The translations under genes were made by a program, and so were the position numbers. A model generated the notes under the pieces. The model did no database searches. It was not told where the DNA came from and saw only the letters and a program-made list of their open reading frames with translations. A stretch of DNA of 63,161 nucleotides, counting the filler, from Octopus bimaculoides (lineage: Eukaryota): assembly GCF_001194135.2 (NCBI RefSeq). It is 12 parts of 8 records of this genome, joined end to end, with 100 filler letters (N's around TTAATTAATTAA, not from the genome) between each part and the next. Parts side by side here need not be neighbours in the genome. Positions count along the whole stretch, not along the records: positions 20,443 to 29,403 come from NC_068996.1; positions 29,504 to 39,099 come from NC_068997.1; positions 39,200 to 46,610 come from NC_068996.1; 9 more parts are not named here. One strand, given 5' to 3'. Shown piece after piece: positions 27,626-43,259 of the stretch; position 1 is the stretch's first letter, and every line of letters starts with the position of its first letter.

Positions 27626-28032
27626 TGTGTGTGCTTGTGCATGTATGTGCCTGTGCATGTATGTGTGTGTATGTCTATGTGTGTGTCTATGTGTCTCTGT
27701 GTATCCGTGTGTATGTGTATGTTGTGTGTCTGTATTTATGTGTATCTGTGTGTTTGTGTGTGTGTTGTTGAGTGCCTATGAGCATGTTTATGTGCATGTG
27801 TATCTGTGTGTTTGTGTGCGTGTGTGTGTTGTGTGTATGTGTCTGTGTGTGTGTGTGTTGTGTGCTTGTGTATAAGTGTCTGTGCATATGTCTAAGTCTG
27901 TCTATGTGTATGTATGTATGTGCTGTGTGTGTGTGTTGTGTGTGCTTGTGCATGTATGTGCCTGTGCATGTGTCTGTGTGTGTGTCTATGTGTGTGTCTG
28001 TGTGTCTATGTGTATCCATGTGTGTGTGTATG

Positions 28033-28076
<44 letters not shown>
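27309..28076. repeat. Long imperfect (TG)-rich array with internal higher-order duplications
   Basis: ttgttgagtgcctatgagcatg occurs at ~27381 and ~27764. gtgcttgtgcatgtatgtgcctgtgcatgt occurs at ~27630 and ~27942. Confidence 0.85.
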
Positions 28077-28077
<1 letters not shown>

Positions 28078-28695
28078 CAATTATAGATTTAAATGTATTC
28101 AGACACAGTACAATGAGAATTTCTATGCATTAAACAAAGTATCCAGTTTAGTAACATAGAATGTGTTGTCTTGCAGTATATTTAAATGTATAACTATTCA
28201 CATATATATGAATAGTTCCATTGTCAAGGAAATGTTTACAACTTGTGCACATAAACAAGCAATTTTGAAGGAAACAATTATTTTTCGAATAGTTAATATA
28301 TATTGATCGCATCAGGAGATAAAATTATGTGTGTGTTTTGTGTGTGTGTGGGTGTGTGCGTGTGTGTGTGCATGTACATATGATTGTGTCTATATATATA
28401 TATATCATCATCATCATCATTATTGTCATCATCACCATTGGTTTGGTGTCCACTTTTCTGTGTCCACACAGGTCAGATATGATTTGCTGAGGCAGATTTT
28501 CTACAGCTGGATGGATACTCTTACTGTCACCAACACTCAGCTGTTGCTAAGCAAGGTTAATACTAATATTTCCCCTTGACAGACATGTTTCCATAGGAGA
28601 TTGGAAATGGAGGATACTACTTACATGATGGTTACACTTGTTTACAACTATCACCTGAAGTCGAGGCAAGGAGACAGTTACATGCATTGTGCATG

Positions 28696-28737
<42 letters not shown>

Positions 28738-28913
28738 CACACATCTACGCACACACATACACAAACATACATACAACATACAAGTATGTATGTATGTATG
28801 TATGTATGTATCTATCTATCTATTTATCTATCTGTTTCTCTGTTTCCCTCTCTATATATAAATGTATATATATACATTTATATATATGTATGTATGTATG
28901 AACACACACACAC

Positions 28914-28988
<75 letters not shown>

Positions 28989-29073
28989 TAGATAGATAGA
29001 TAAATGTTGAATGATGAAATGAGTGGTCAATTCTGCATTGGTGGATATATAATTTCTGTATTTGTGAATTTAG

Positions 29074-29116
29074 GCCACCATTGGTTTCATGTTAAGAAAA
29101 GTAGGAAAATATCCTG
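29074..29116 (+). CDS. Exon 3 of the putative secreted peptide precursor
   Basis: Acceptor tttgtgaatttag| and donor CTG|gtgagt. 43 nt, phase 0 to 1: ATIGFMLRKVGKYP, in frame with exon 2. Confidence 0.6.
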
Positions 29117-29171
29117 GTGAGTTAACAATTTTTCAAGCCAATCACACTGAGAAAGGTGTTTGGAAAACAGT

Positions 29172-29403
29172 CCATCATCATCATCATCATCATCGTTTAA
29201 CGTCCGCTTTCCATGCTAGCATGGGTTGGACGATTTGACTGAGGACTGGTGAAACCGGATGGCAACACCAGGCTCCAGTCTGATTTGGCAGAGTTTCTAC
29301 AGCTGGATGCCCTTCCTAACGCCAACCACTCAGAGAGTGTAGTGGGTGCTTTTACGTGTCACCTGCACGAAAACGGCCACGCTCGAAATGGTGTCTTTTA
29401 TGT
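29172..29403 (-). mobile_element. Young LINE/SINE 3' end with (GAT)n tail (RTE-like)
   Basis: (CAT)n + cgtttaacgtccgctttccatgctagcatggg… is identical to 55075-55226 over the shared length. Diverged copies near 28430-28600 and 54320-54460. Confidence 0.75.
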
Positions 29404-30941
29404 NNNNNNNNNNNNNNNNNNNNNNNNNNNNNNNNNNNNNNNNNNNNTTAATTAATTAANNNNNNNNNNNNNNNNNNNNNNNNNNNNNNNNNNNNNNNNN
29501 NNNGGATATCCACGCAGGCTAAAGTGGTGAGCCATGAGTTGAGACTGAGTCTCAAAGTCATGGCTGTCGCTACAAAGTCTGTGTAGACGGAGGAATTGGG
29601 AATAGGGGATAGAAAGTTTTGTGTGTCTAGGGTGGGAGGAGGAGAAGTTGAGATAGGAGTGTGAGTCTGTGTGTTTGTAGTGGATGGAGGTGCTAAGGGC
29701 GGAGTGATATATATATATATATATATGAAGAAAGAAAACGATAAAGAGACCAATGGCAAAGTTAGAATTATATTTATATTTTATGTGTAAAATAATTTGG
29801 TCATTATTAAAGCTGGTGTTAAAGTGACAAGCTGGCAGAATCATAAACACATGGGACGAAATGCTTTGCAGCATTTCTTCCAGCTTCACATTCTGAGTTC
29901 AAATCCTGCTGAGATCAACTTAACTTTTCATCCTTTTGCAGTTGATAAAATAAATGTTAATGAAGTACTAGGGACAATGTAATCCACTAGCCCCACCCCC
30001 ATTCACCAAAACAATTTCAAGTTTTGTGCCCATAATACAAAGAATTATTAAAGCTGGTGTCTCGAACATAAATTAACATGAAATTTTGAAATTTTGGCAG
30101 AAGGTTTTAATTTACATCATTTAGAGTTCAAATTATTCTGTCAAATGTAATGCTTATTTATTCACATTTACCTCACAACTTCAAGATTTTGATGATGTGG
30201 TTGTTTATTTTGAGAATGAAGTTTTAGGGTAGGAATGCAAAGCTAGATATCTGTCCAGTTTGAACACAAAAGAGGCTGAATAATTGAGCCAATTATGGCT
30301 GGTTTAAATGCTAAAGGGTTAAAACAGGAAGTTTATATCATAGAACCAGGGTCAGTCTCAGGAAGGTTGGCATCAAAAAGGTTAACTGGAGGAATGGGAA
30401 GCATACTAATAATCTACTTTCTATACAAAGCTGAGTCATTTTCACAGTGTTTTATAATAATACAATTTGGCAATTTGAGCCACTGAAATTATGCATCCAG
30501 ATTAATAACCTAATTATCACTAGCATACAGCATACAGAAAATAAATTGTTTTTATATCAAATTCTATACACACACAGCAAATTACTGCAGCATATTGTGA
30601 CATAAATTTTGTTGGTAATTTTTGTCACTAAAACTAAATATTGCAAACATTATTGCTAACTTTGTATAATGTGCATAAATAGATGTGTGTATACACACAC
30701 ATATATATACCACTTATAAGATAGAGAGGAAGAGGTAAGACTCTTGTCTATAATGCTTTGTGTATGCATGTATGTGTGTGCCTGTGCATGTGTGTTTTCA
30801 TTTGTTTTATGTTGATTTTTCCAAGCTAGACGAGTATATTATTGAGACATTCTTTTCCAGATGGATGCCCTTCCTGTTGCTAACTCTTATCTGTTTATCA
30901 AGTAAAGGATCTCATTTCACACATGTTTTCCCTACTGTCGT

Positions 30942-31502
30942 CCAATCTTCATCCGCGTAAAACGATGTTGTGTGTATGGTGGGACTAGGAAGGGATTATC
31001 CATTACTAATTGCTTGAGCAGAACCAAATGGTCAACGTGGAACTATGTTCAACAGATGGAACAACTCAACACGGCTATTCAATAGAAAAGACCTAATCTT
31101 CAGCATGGAGTTCTTCTGCTGCACGACAACGCCCATTTTCATATCGCCAATATGACCAAGGAAGCCATTCAAATGCATGGCTGGGAAATGCTGCCACACC
31201 CGCCGTACTCTCCTGATTTGGCACCAATGGATTTCCACCTCTTTCGATCTCTTTCAAATGCTATGTGTGGAGTTTTGTTCAATACTGATGCAGAATTGAG
31301 AGCTTGGTTGGATCAATTTTTTGAGTCGAAATTGGGTGATTTCTATCAACGAGGTATTGAAAATCTTGTTGAACGTTGGGAAGAAGTTGTAAACAACAAG
31401 AGTGAATACATTATTGATTAATTAGTTGTTATTTTTTATTAAACTTTTTGAAAAATTTAAATTTAAAAAAAAAACAGCAGAAACTTCGTTGCCAACCCAA
31501 TA
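30942..31502 (+). mobile_element. Mariner (DD34D) transposon, 5'-truncated pseudogene with 3' TIR
   Basis: LHPRKTMLCVWWD*EGIIHY…LLLHDNA…EMLPHPPYSPDLAPMDFHLFRSL…WEEVVNNKSEYIID*, then terminal …gttgccaacccaa-TA. In-frame stops are present. Confidence 0.92.
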
Positions 31503-31589
31503 CAATGGATTATCAGGAACACTAATTTATATGGAGTTCTAAGCTTAAAAGTAACAGCTATACATCTATTTGTACACACAATACATACT

Positions 31590-31640
<51 letters not shown>

Positions 31641-31865
31641 CGTGTCAAAACAGGAGACTGGGATAAAAATTTTGATATTATTTGTTCACTATTACATATG
31701 TTTCATTTGCTAATAGGAGTCACAAAATTGTACATGTAGGTAAAACAAGACAGAGAATCGGATAATATAATTTGGTTTTCTGTCTGAAGAATTTCTAATA
31801 AGAGATATCATACATGTTTTTCCCTACATGAACACTCAATCAGTAACATAAAAACCAAGACTTAC

Positions 31866-32033
31866 CTTCAGAAGAACAGCGTCAGCCTCCAGTAAAGGGC
31901 ACTGGGATTTCTTCAGAAATAATTCATATTTTGGTTCCCAGTAAAAAATCAGCAGTATAAAACCAAGTGTAAAAAACACCAACAAGTAGAACAATACCTT
32001 CTTACATGTATTGTCTTTGTAACCAATGCATTC
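31866..32033 (-). CDS. ATP13A3: P5B-type ATPase (ATP13A2/ATP13A3-like) exon, N-terminal membrane hairpin region
   Basis: ctttcag|ECIGYKDNTCKKVLFYLLVFFTLGFILLIFYWEPKYELFLKKSQCPLLEADAVLLK|gtaagt. 168 nt, phase 0-0. Matches the GY…T.G…L.F.W.P…CPL.EA..VL signature of the P5-ATPase N-terminus. The paralog assignment is uncertain. Confidence 0.88.
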
Positions 32034-34254
32034 CTGAAAGTACAAAGAGGCTTGGCATTACAATATGTACAATAAGTATGTGTAACGACCGTTCGACCAG
32101 GAGATGGTGATGAGGAATGGCTCATTTAGCGCATCGCATAGTCGACACATATAAAAAACAACGAAAAGAGGTTAAATGAGTATAAGTGCCAAAAAGGAAA
32201 AGAGACATAACCAGTAGAAGGTTAAGAGAAAGGTTTTATTGAATGTCAACTTGTATGTCTCTGTGTGTGTGAGTGTGACAACCATGCCCTGCATAGTTAT
32301 GGGCTGTCCTTTGGCAAGACACGGCACCCATTCAGTCACCCTGTCAGGGATACAGCAAAGTCATGGGACTGCAGCATAGTGGATTGTGTAAAGGTAATGG
32401 AAGAGCTTAACTGAGCCAATGGTGCTTCTTATATTGATGCTGAGCAGAGGAATCCTAGAAGATCAGCAAGCAGGATCACCAAGAGAGTAACTGCAAAGTA
32501 TCACTAGGAGTGGTGCCCATGGTTGTGTAATCACCTAATGAAAGATTCACTATGATTCAAGCTCTCAATTCAAATACATAATAATAGAATTGTATGGTGT
32601 TAGAGAGGAATGGGAATCTACGTAAGCAGCAAAAAAAATGTAATATATTACTAAGCAAATAAATAACTATCCTATGGAAATATACATAACATAATTAAGT
32701 AATTGGTTCTATTCATATTCATTTATAAATGTGCGCGTACATACACACACACAAATACGGGGGAAGGGGTTAGTCAATTATGCTAATACTTTATTTTATC
32801 AACCCAAATAGATGAAAGGCAAAGTGAACCTCAGCAGCATCTGAACTCAGAACCGAGAGCCACAACAAATACTGCAAAACATTTTTCACAATGCTCTAAT
32901 GACAATGTCAACTCACTGCCTTAAATGGGCATGTAATGATGTTGGCTAAGAAAACAAGGGTTACACAGATTGTTTCTGCTTAACTGTAGATCAGCCTTTA
33001 TTTGGTAGGCCTAGTCATGACCATCCCACCTATAACTTGGACATTGTACCAAAGACTATATTATCCGATGTGGTCTCCTATTTTTAATACAGTGGAGTGT
33101 TAAGAGAAATTTGGCTGTTACTTCTAGTATGCTGAACAATATAGTCCTTCTTCACAGGTTGTCCAAGCTGCTACTGTTGTAAGTGCTTTTCACACATGTT
33201 ATTATTGTTGGTTGTTCCAACCACAGCTAACTCGATTTAATTGTGAGAGAGTTTAGCACATCTAGAACTGCATCATTAACCAATATGTTCTTCTTTTTGT
33301 AAGACAATACAGTGTGATGCAAGGGAGATTTGGTTGGTTTTTTTTTTCTACCAGATCAAGTGACAGCATAAAGTTTCACTCACTGGCCTATTGTAGTATT
33401 AGTGGTTGGGGTGGAGAATTGTACATCATAGTAGACGTAGACCAATGGAGGTCTTGGCAGGAAGTGGTGATGGTAGTACTGAGGGCAGAGGTGGGGACCC
33501 CACTTTCCCCCATTCAAGGTCTGTCTGACATTGTAATTAAAGTGTCACAGGACTGAAAATGAAGATATAGAAGTGCTGCTTTGTATTACCAATACATCCT
33601 TCACATGCAAACATGGGGTGGTGGGGGGCAACGAGTGAGATAAACAGCATGTTAAACTAATGGTGACCATGAAAACAAGAGGAGGGGCAACAGGAGGACA
33701 ACGGGTGACAATGACACTACTGATGCCAACACCCTCAATGATGATGACCAACGATAATGATGACTGTGATGATGACAATTTCTAAAGGCAATGATGATGA
33801 TGATAACGCAAAAATTTAAACTGTAATCTATTGTGCTTGCTTGCTGTTTCACACAGATGCAGGGCACGCATAGATTTACTCACACATGCGCGCGTGCATG
33901 GCATGCACGCAATACCAACAGACACACACACACACAAAGTAAAAAAACACACAGAGATGCTTATGTGACAAGAGTTAGCAGATCTCTTGTTTGCTGTTAT
34001 CTCTTCTTTGACCTAGTTTATTGAAAACGAGTTTTCCTCCAATCTGTGACCCAGTGAAGTGAAATAATAAGGCAGTGTAAGTAAGAAGAGTTTATCACTC
34101 ACAAAAAACGTATTAAAACAACAATAAAAACTACAAAAATATGGCAAGACTATTCATTCATCACTTATCTAATTAATGAATGATTCAGAAGACACAATCC
34201 ACCCCCAATTCGAACAAAAAAAAATTAAAAGACAGAATCTTAACTGGGTTTTTT

Positions 34255-35290
34255 TAATCTTTTTTACTTGCTTCAGTAATTAGACTGCGGGCCATACTGG
34301 GGCACCACCTCGAAGACTTTTAGTTGGATGAATTGATCTCAGTACTTATTTTTTGGTTGTTCAAGCCTCATACTTATTCTATCAGTCTCTTTTGCTGAAC
34401 CTCTAAGTTATGAAGACATAAACACGCCAACACCAGTTGTTAATCGGTGGTGGACAAACACAGACACAAAGACATACACATGCACACACACACATATGTA
34501 TGTGTGTGTGTGTGTGTATGTATATATATATGACAGGCTTTTTTCAGTTCTTGTGTACCAAATCCCCTCACAAGGCTTTGGTCAGCCTGAGGCTATAGAA
34601 GACACTTGTCCAAGGTGCCACACAGTGGGAATGAACTCAGAACCATGTGGTTGGTAAGCAAGCTACTTACCACACAGCCACTCCTATATGTCTTAGTCAA
34701 TCAAATTGACTGCAGCATTTCTTTTTTAAGGCTGGTACTTATTCTTTCAGTCTCTTTTTCTGCCGAAACACTAATTTACATGACCATAAACAAATCAAAA
34801 CCAGTTTTCCCTCTCACACACAAACACACACACCACATGATTATCATAATTTAATGTCCATTTCCCATGCTGGCATGGGTTGGATGGTTTGACAGGATCC
34901 AGCAAGCTGGAAAATTGCATCAAGCTGATTGTAGTGATGAGGTGTCAAAGCATACTCTCAGGATACAAGGTGAATATAAAAAAAAACAATACAAATATAT
35001 ATATAGGCGCAGGAGTGGCTGTGTGGTAAGTACCTTGCTTACTAACCACATGGTTCCGGGTTCAGTCCTACTGCGTTTGTGTGTCTGTATTTGTCCCTCC
35101 CCCCCAACTTCGCTTGACAACCATTGCTGGTGTGTTTACATCCCCGTAACTTAGCGGATCGGCAAAAAGAGACCGATAGAATAAGTACTAGGCTTACAAA
35201 GAATAAGTCCTGGGGTCGATTTGCTCGACTAAAGGCGGTGCCCCAGCATGGCCGCAGTCAAGTGACTGAAACAAGTAAAAGAGTAAAGAG
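34255..35290. mobile_element. Head-to-head inverted pair of OK-type SINEs (34255-34690 minus; 35004-35290 plus)
   Basis: Both match the family consensus and lie ~310 nt apart in the ATPase intron. Confidence 0.85.
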
Positions 35291-36197
35291 TATACACACA
35301 CATAAACACACAATGGGCTTCCATGCACTGTCTACTAAATTCACGCACAATACATTGTCTGGCCTACTACATTGGGACTGAACCCAAAACCAATGGTTGC
35401 AAAAACAATTTTTTAACCATGCAGCCATGCTTACAACTACACACATCTATATAGTTATTTCGAGGAGAATGTAAAAAATATATAACAGGCACAGGCATTT
35501 TAAAATAATTCATGATACATTAAGACAACACAATATAAAAATTTAAGTACAGCAATACTGGGTTTTACTCAAAAGTCTCAATTTAAAGAACAATATGAAT
35601 ATACCAAATAACTGTGACTATTCCACACAGCTTCTACCGTTACTTTCAATGGAATATTTTCTTCTAAGAGGCTTAGTTTCTTTAACACCAACCAAAAAAA
35701 AAAGCAAAAAATACCCATATTTGATAATATAAGAAACCACAAAATAAGGAAACAAAATGGCCGTTGTTAATTGGTAGTGATAAACTAAACAAATATATTT
35801 TGACCTGATTTTAAAAGCAGTTATAGTGAATATCTAGGCTGTTTGTTGTTAATTTTTACTTGTCTGAGAGTGTTTTATTTGTTTTGTGTTGCTGTTTGTT
35901 TTGTTTTTCTACAAGTAATTGTAGTAGATTTTTTATCAATTCCGTAAGCATTTTCCCACCTTGAACAGAAGACAGAAAAATGAAGCAGGAGATAGAGCAA
36001 GAAAAAAAAAAGTGTGAAATGACAAAATAAGCAATAACAACAACAATGATAACTCTTTCTACTATAAGGGTAGGGCCTGAAATTTTGTGGGGAGGAGGCT
36101 AGTTGATTACATCTACTCTAGTATTCAACTGTTGCTTTCTTTTATCAACTCAGAAAAGATGAAAGTCAACCTTGACAGAATTTGATCTCAGACCATA

Positions 36198-36399
36198 CGA
36201 GGGAATGCTGAAAAGTTCCTGGCTTTGGGTAAAAGAAAATACAGGAGGATCAGTTAATTATGATTTTATTCAAAATATTCGCCTCTCAGATTCACACATT
36301 TATTGCAACAGTCTTTCAGCTTTTCTAAGCCCTGTAAAAGAACTTCAACGAGGCCTTTTGCAATACCTTTAAAGCCAGGAACTTTGCAGCACTTCCTTG
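36198..36399. mobile_element. Mariner-derived MITE with TA duplication, inserted into or next to a family C SINE
   Basis: TA-cgagggaatgctgaaaagttcctggcttt … aaagccaggaactttgcagcacttccttg-TA. The minus-strand interior encodes …LQGLEKLKDCCNKCVNLRGEYFE (transposase C-terminus). Confidence 0.85.
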
Positions 36400-37075
36400 T
36401 AAAGCCAGAAGAAAGGCAGCTGACCATTTTATCCAGTGGGCTAACAATTCTACCAGCTTGCAGCCTTAACAACAATAATAATGGCTTCAAATTTTGGCAC
36501 AAGGCCAGCAACTTCAAGGAAGGGATTAAGTTGATTACACTGACTTCAGTACTCAACTGATACTTTTTTATCAACCCCGAAAGGATGAAAGGCAAAGTTA
36601 ACCTGAGCGAAATTTGAACTCAGAACTCAGACAAACAAAATACTGCTAAGCATTTCGCCCAGAGTGCTAAGAATTCTGCCAGCTCACCACCTTAATAATA
36701 ATAAATGCCCGGATGCAGTACCAGGCAGTGGATCTCATGGCTTCTGATCTTAATTGATTGGAAGTGTTATCATGTACATTGTTTTGTCTGCAATGTCTTT
36801 GATCCATCAGGACTGGCCTGGAGCAAGTAACATCAAAGACATCAGATAATGTAGTCCTAGATAGACTGTATCAAATAACTAAAGGCAAAAGGATAATTTC
36901 TGAAACATATTAAACCCCATCAGGACTGGCATGGGACTAAACGACAACAACAACAAAGAAGAACACATTAAATAATGTAGATATTTTGCTTCAGATATAC
37001 TGTGATTGATCCATCAGGGTTAAAACCTGGGGCTAAACGACAAAAACATATTAGAAAGAAGTGAAGGTTACTTAC

Positions 37076-37158
37076 CAATTGGTCATCTGTGTTTTTATTC
37101 AATATAATTTTGTTGACCAGTACACCATTAAAGATGCTTGGGTCAGATTCAATACTAC
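37076..37158 (-). CDS. P5B-type ATPase exon immediately upstream of the 32033 exon
   Basis: atttcag|GT SIESDPSIFNGVLVNKIILNKNTDDQL|gtaagt. 83 nt, phase 1 to 0. Splicing gives LNKNTDDQL-ECIGY, like the N..EDEMEI.GY motif of ATP13A3. Confidence 0.85.
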
Positions 37159-37269
37159 CTGAAATTATCAAATATAAAATGAAATAAATTTTAATTTCAA
37201 ACAATCACTTTTTGGACAAATCATCTTTTCAGGATTAGAAAATTTTCAGACTATTTCTTGACACTTTGT

Positions 37270-37570
37270 CAGTTACGATGATGAGGGTTCCAGTCGATCT
37301 GATCAACGGAACAGCCTGCTTGTGAAATTAATGTGCATGTGGCTGAGTACTCCACAGACACGTGTACCCCTAACACAGTTCTCAGGGAGATTCAGTATGA
37401 CACAGAGTGTGAAAGGCTGGCTCTTTGAAATACAGGTACTACTTATATTTGCCAGCTGAATGGATTGGAGCAACATGAAATAAAATGTCTTGCTCAAAGA
37501 CACAATGCATCGCTAGGAATTGAAATCACAACCTTGCAATCATAAACTAAATATCCTAACCACCAAGCCA
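37270..37570 (-). mobile_element. OR-type SINE, older copy
   Basis: gagggttccagtcgatctgatcaacggaacagcctgcttgtgaaattaatgtgc… matches 840-1218. Confidence 0.8.
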
Positions 37571-37989
37571 CACACCTTCACAGACTATTTATTAAACCTT
37601 AGTAATAGCCAACCTACTTTGAATCGTTTTTAGACATAATGGCTCCTTGAGTATAAGGTGTTTAGATTTAACCCTTTCCAAACCATCTTTTTAAAGTGAT
37701 CTAAATAATAATTTTCCCTCAAAACTCCATGTTAATTTATGTTCAAAGCCTGCTTGATAATAAAAAAGTTATTCTTCTAAATCATTCTGAGCAGATTTAG
37801 CAAACAGAAAATAAAAGAAACCCATCATGCGTGCGTACATGTGTGTGTGTCTGTCCCCCTTTATCACTTGACAACCAATATTGGTGTGTTTATATCCCTG
37901 CAACTTAGCAGTTTGACAAAAGACACCAATAGAATAATTAACAGACTTAAATTGTTAGAAATACTATCAAGAAAGGGTTGTATGTATAA

Positions 37990-38520
37990 GCCATAGGCAT
38001 GGCTGTGTGATAAGACCCACTGCGGAGCACCTTGGGCAAGTGTTTTTTCCACTATAGCTCCAATCCAACCAGAGTATTGAGAGAGGATTTGGCAGATGGA
38101 AACTAAAAGAATCCCGTTGTATGTGTGTGTGTGTGTGTCTGTATTGTCCCCAGCCACCACTTGACAACTGGTATTGGTGTGTTTATATCCCTGTAATTTA
38201 GTGGTTCAGCAAAAGAAATTGATAGAACAAGTACCAGACTTAAAAAAAGAAAAATAAGCACTGAGATCAATTCATTTGACTAAAAATTCTCCAAGGCGTT
38301 GCCCCAGCATGGCCACAGTCTAATGATGGAAACAAGTAAAAGGTAAAAGATACACACACACAACAGGCCTCTTTTAGTTCTTGTTTACCAAACCCACTTA
38401 CAAGGCTTTGGTTAGCCCAGGGTTAAAGAAATGACACTTGCTCAAGGTGCCATGCAGAGGGACTGAACCCAAGAACAAATGGTTTGGAAGCAAGCTTTTT
38501 AATACACCCACACCTGCGGT
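37990..38520. mobile_element. OK-type SINEs in inverted orientation (37990-38350 plus; 38370-38520 minus)
   Basis: Diverged matches to the family head and tail. Confidence 0.7.
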
Positions 38521-39199
38521 TGTGAATATTATAAATATACACTCTAATGATGAGGTTAATAGTCTGGATAATTATAATCTTATTAACGAGCCATCTCAGT
38601 CATCTAGCTACATAATTAAGACAACTGATGATGACTGCAGATCAAATACATCAGAAATATAGTGTAGATGATATTAATAATTTAAATACACATCTTAAAT
38701 ATTGTAGATTATGCACACTGAAGACAAAGTTGATATGTCTAGATAATTACAATATTAATATTTTGGATATTTAATTAACTAATGGTGAACTACAACAGTT
38801 TATGATGAAATGGTATCAAACAGATCAAAGTGTGGTTTAAGATACATACTTCAAATTACACTCTAAATATCATGAAATGTATACTCTACAGATGAGATTA
38901 ATTAAAACTGTGTAATTAAACTATCTATAACAACAACTTAATCAATTATTGGTATAAATATGAGACCTGAGATTGATTTGATCAAAATCCAATATGGATA
39001 CATATAAATGCTACAAATACGTATTCTAAATATTGTAGTTCTTATACACAAGCAGTGAAGTTGATAGCCTGGAAAATTATATAAAATTATATATATATAN
39101 NNNNNNNNNNNNNNNNNNNNNNNNNNNNNNNNNNNNNNNNNNNTTAATTAATTAANNNNNNNNNNNNNNNNNNNNNNNNNNNNNNNNNNNNNNNNNNNN

Positions 39200-41489
<2,290 letters not shown>

Positions 41490-41490
<1 letters not shown>

Positions 41491-41845
41491 CAGGCTTTCT
41501 TCTTCTTCTTCTTCTTCTTCTTCTTCTTCTTCTTCTTCTTCTTCTTCTTCTTCTTCTTCTTCTTCTTCTTCTCCTCCTCCTCCTTCTTCCCCTTCTTCTT
41601 CTTCTTCTTCTTCTTCTTCGTCTTCTCCTTCTCCTTCTTCTTCTTCTTCTTCTTCTTCTTCTTCTTCTTCTCTGTCTCCTCCTTCTTCTTCTTCTTCTTC
41701 TTCTTCTTCTTCTTCTCCTCCTCCTACTCCTCCTACTCCTACTCCTCCTACTCCTCCTCCTCCTCCTTCTTCTTCTTCTTCTTCTTCTTCTCCTTCTTCT
41801 TCTCCTCCTCCTCCTCCCCTCTTCTTCTTCTTCTTCTTCTTCTTA
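41490..41845. repeat. (TTC/TCC)n polypyrimidine tract
   Basis: About 350 nt of near-pure homopyrimidine triplets. Confidence 0.95.
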
Positions 41846-42152
41846 CGCCAGAGTAAGCTGATGAAGGACAATGTGAAGAGGGTACTTGCCCTTGTGGTCA
41901 GAGCGACCATAGTTTTGTGGGGTCTGACGTACATCCCCAGGAAGTGTCTCGCGTTTGGGGATTTATTCATTATTGTAATTTCATATTGCTACTGCTTTAT
42001 TTTTTTACACGCCTTTTATGTAAGCCCACATTTGTGTTCTCTTGTACCCAGTGTTTTTGTGAACCCTTAGTGGTTAATAAAGAAAACATTAGAGATCATT
42101 ATTATTACTATCATTATTATTGTTGTTGTTGTTATTATTGTCATCGTCGTCG

Positions 42153-42183
<31 letters not shown>

Positions 42184-42218
42184 CATTATTATTGTTATTA
42201 TTATTATTATTATTATTA

Positions 42219-42259
<41 letters not shown>

Positions 42260-42290
42260 ATTACTACTACTATTATCATTATTATTATTA

Positions 42291-42360
<70 letters not shown>
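41846..42360 (+). mobile_element. LINE-like 3'UTR fragment with AATAAA and a long (TAT/CAT)n tail
   Basis: …tttttgtgaacccttagtggttaataaagaaaac followed by the triplet tail, the same architecture as 20460-20680. Confidence 0.5.
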
Positions 42361-42361
<1 letters not shown>

Positions 42362-43259
42362 TCTGCACTTTTCCACACCTGCAGGCTATCAGGTAACATT
42401 GTTTTATGAAACGCCGCTTTCTATCAGTAAAGTAAAGTTTTTTTGTTTTTTTTTTACTTCCTTTATAATATCCTGACACTTTCCGTCTCTCACAAACTAT
42501 TTATTTTGAGCTTACAAATAGAAAGCAAACTCTTAACGGGTGTATATAAATACGTAACTAGTCCAAAGAACTTTTTTGATTTGCAAAGCATCATTTGTTT
42601 TGTTTCATTATTTTTCCCTTTTTTTTTGTTTCATTTCTGTTTTTATTAAGTATTATTATTTAACATTACTGTTGCTGGTGTTATTGATGTTGTTTATTAT
42701 CTTATTAACGTTTACTTTTATTTTTGCTAACTTACATCTTAGACAAATGTCATTCGCAATTTTTTTTTTCTTTTGTTGTCTTGTTGGAAGATTATTTGCA
42801 GCCTTGTGGCATTGTGGGAGAAAAGAAAAGAAAATAAAAGAGAAAAGATACCGAAGCTTTTATTTTCTTCTTTGGGGTGGACTTTCCTCAAAATAGAATT
42901 TGTCTACTATTACGTGTGCCACCTACTAACCTCTATGCAAAAATAAAACGAAAGCCCTTATTTAAATAGACGACAAAAAGAATCTAAATAAATTTTAAAT
43001 GGTGGATGATAAGATAATAATAATATCACAATTCTGAACCAGTCTGTGATATGAATTTTAAAATAATCAAGTATATTGAAAGCAAAACATAATTGTATTT
43101 AAATTTCTGAAGAAATGTAAACCAAGGAAGAATAATGTGAGTAATGAAATGGAAATTGTAAATATAATGGAGGAAAAAAAATAAAGCAGCATAGAAATTA
43201 TATAGTGCTATATATACATACATATATATATGTATGTGTATATTATACTATATTGTTGC

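Noticed and set aside
29238-29262. CTGAGGA-ctggt-GAAAC hammerhead-like string in the RTE-like end
   Set aside because: Only 5 nt lie between the core halves, so there is no stem II and no NUH/stem III.
33314-33867. Cluster of 70-80 aa ORFs on both strands
   Set aside because: No convincing splice sites or recognisable domain; composition is driven by (GAT/CAA) low complexity and old repeat remnants.
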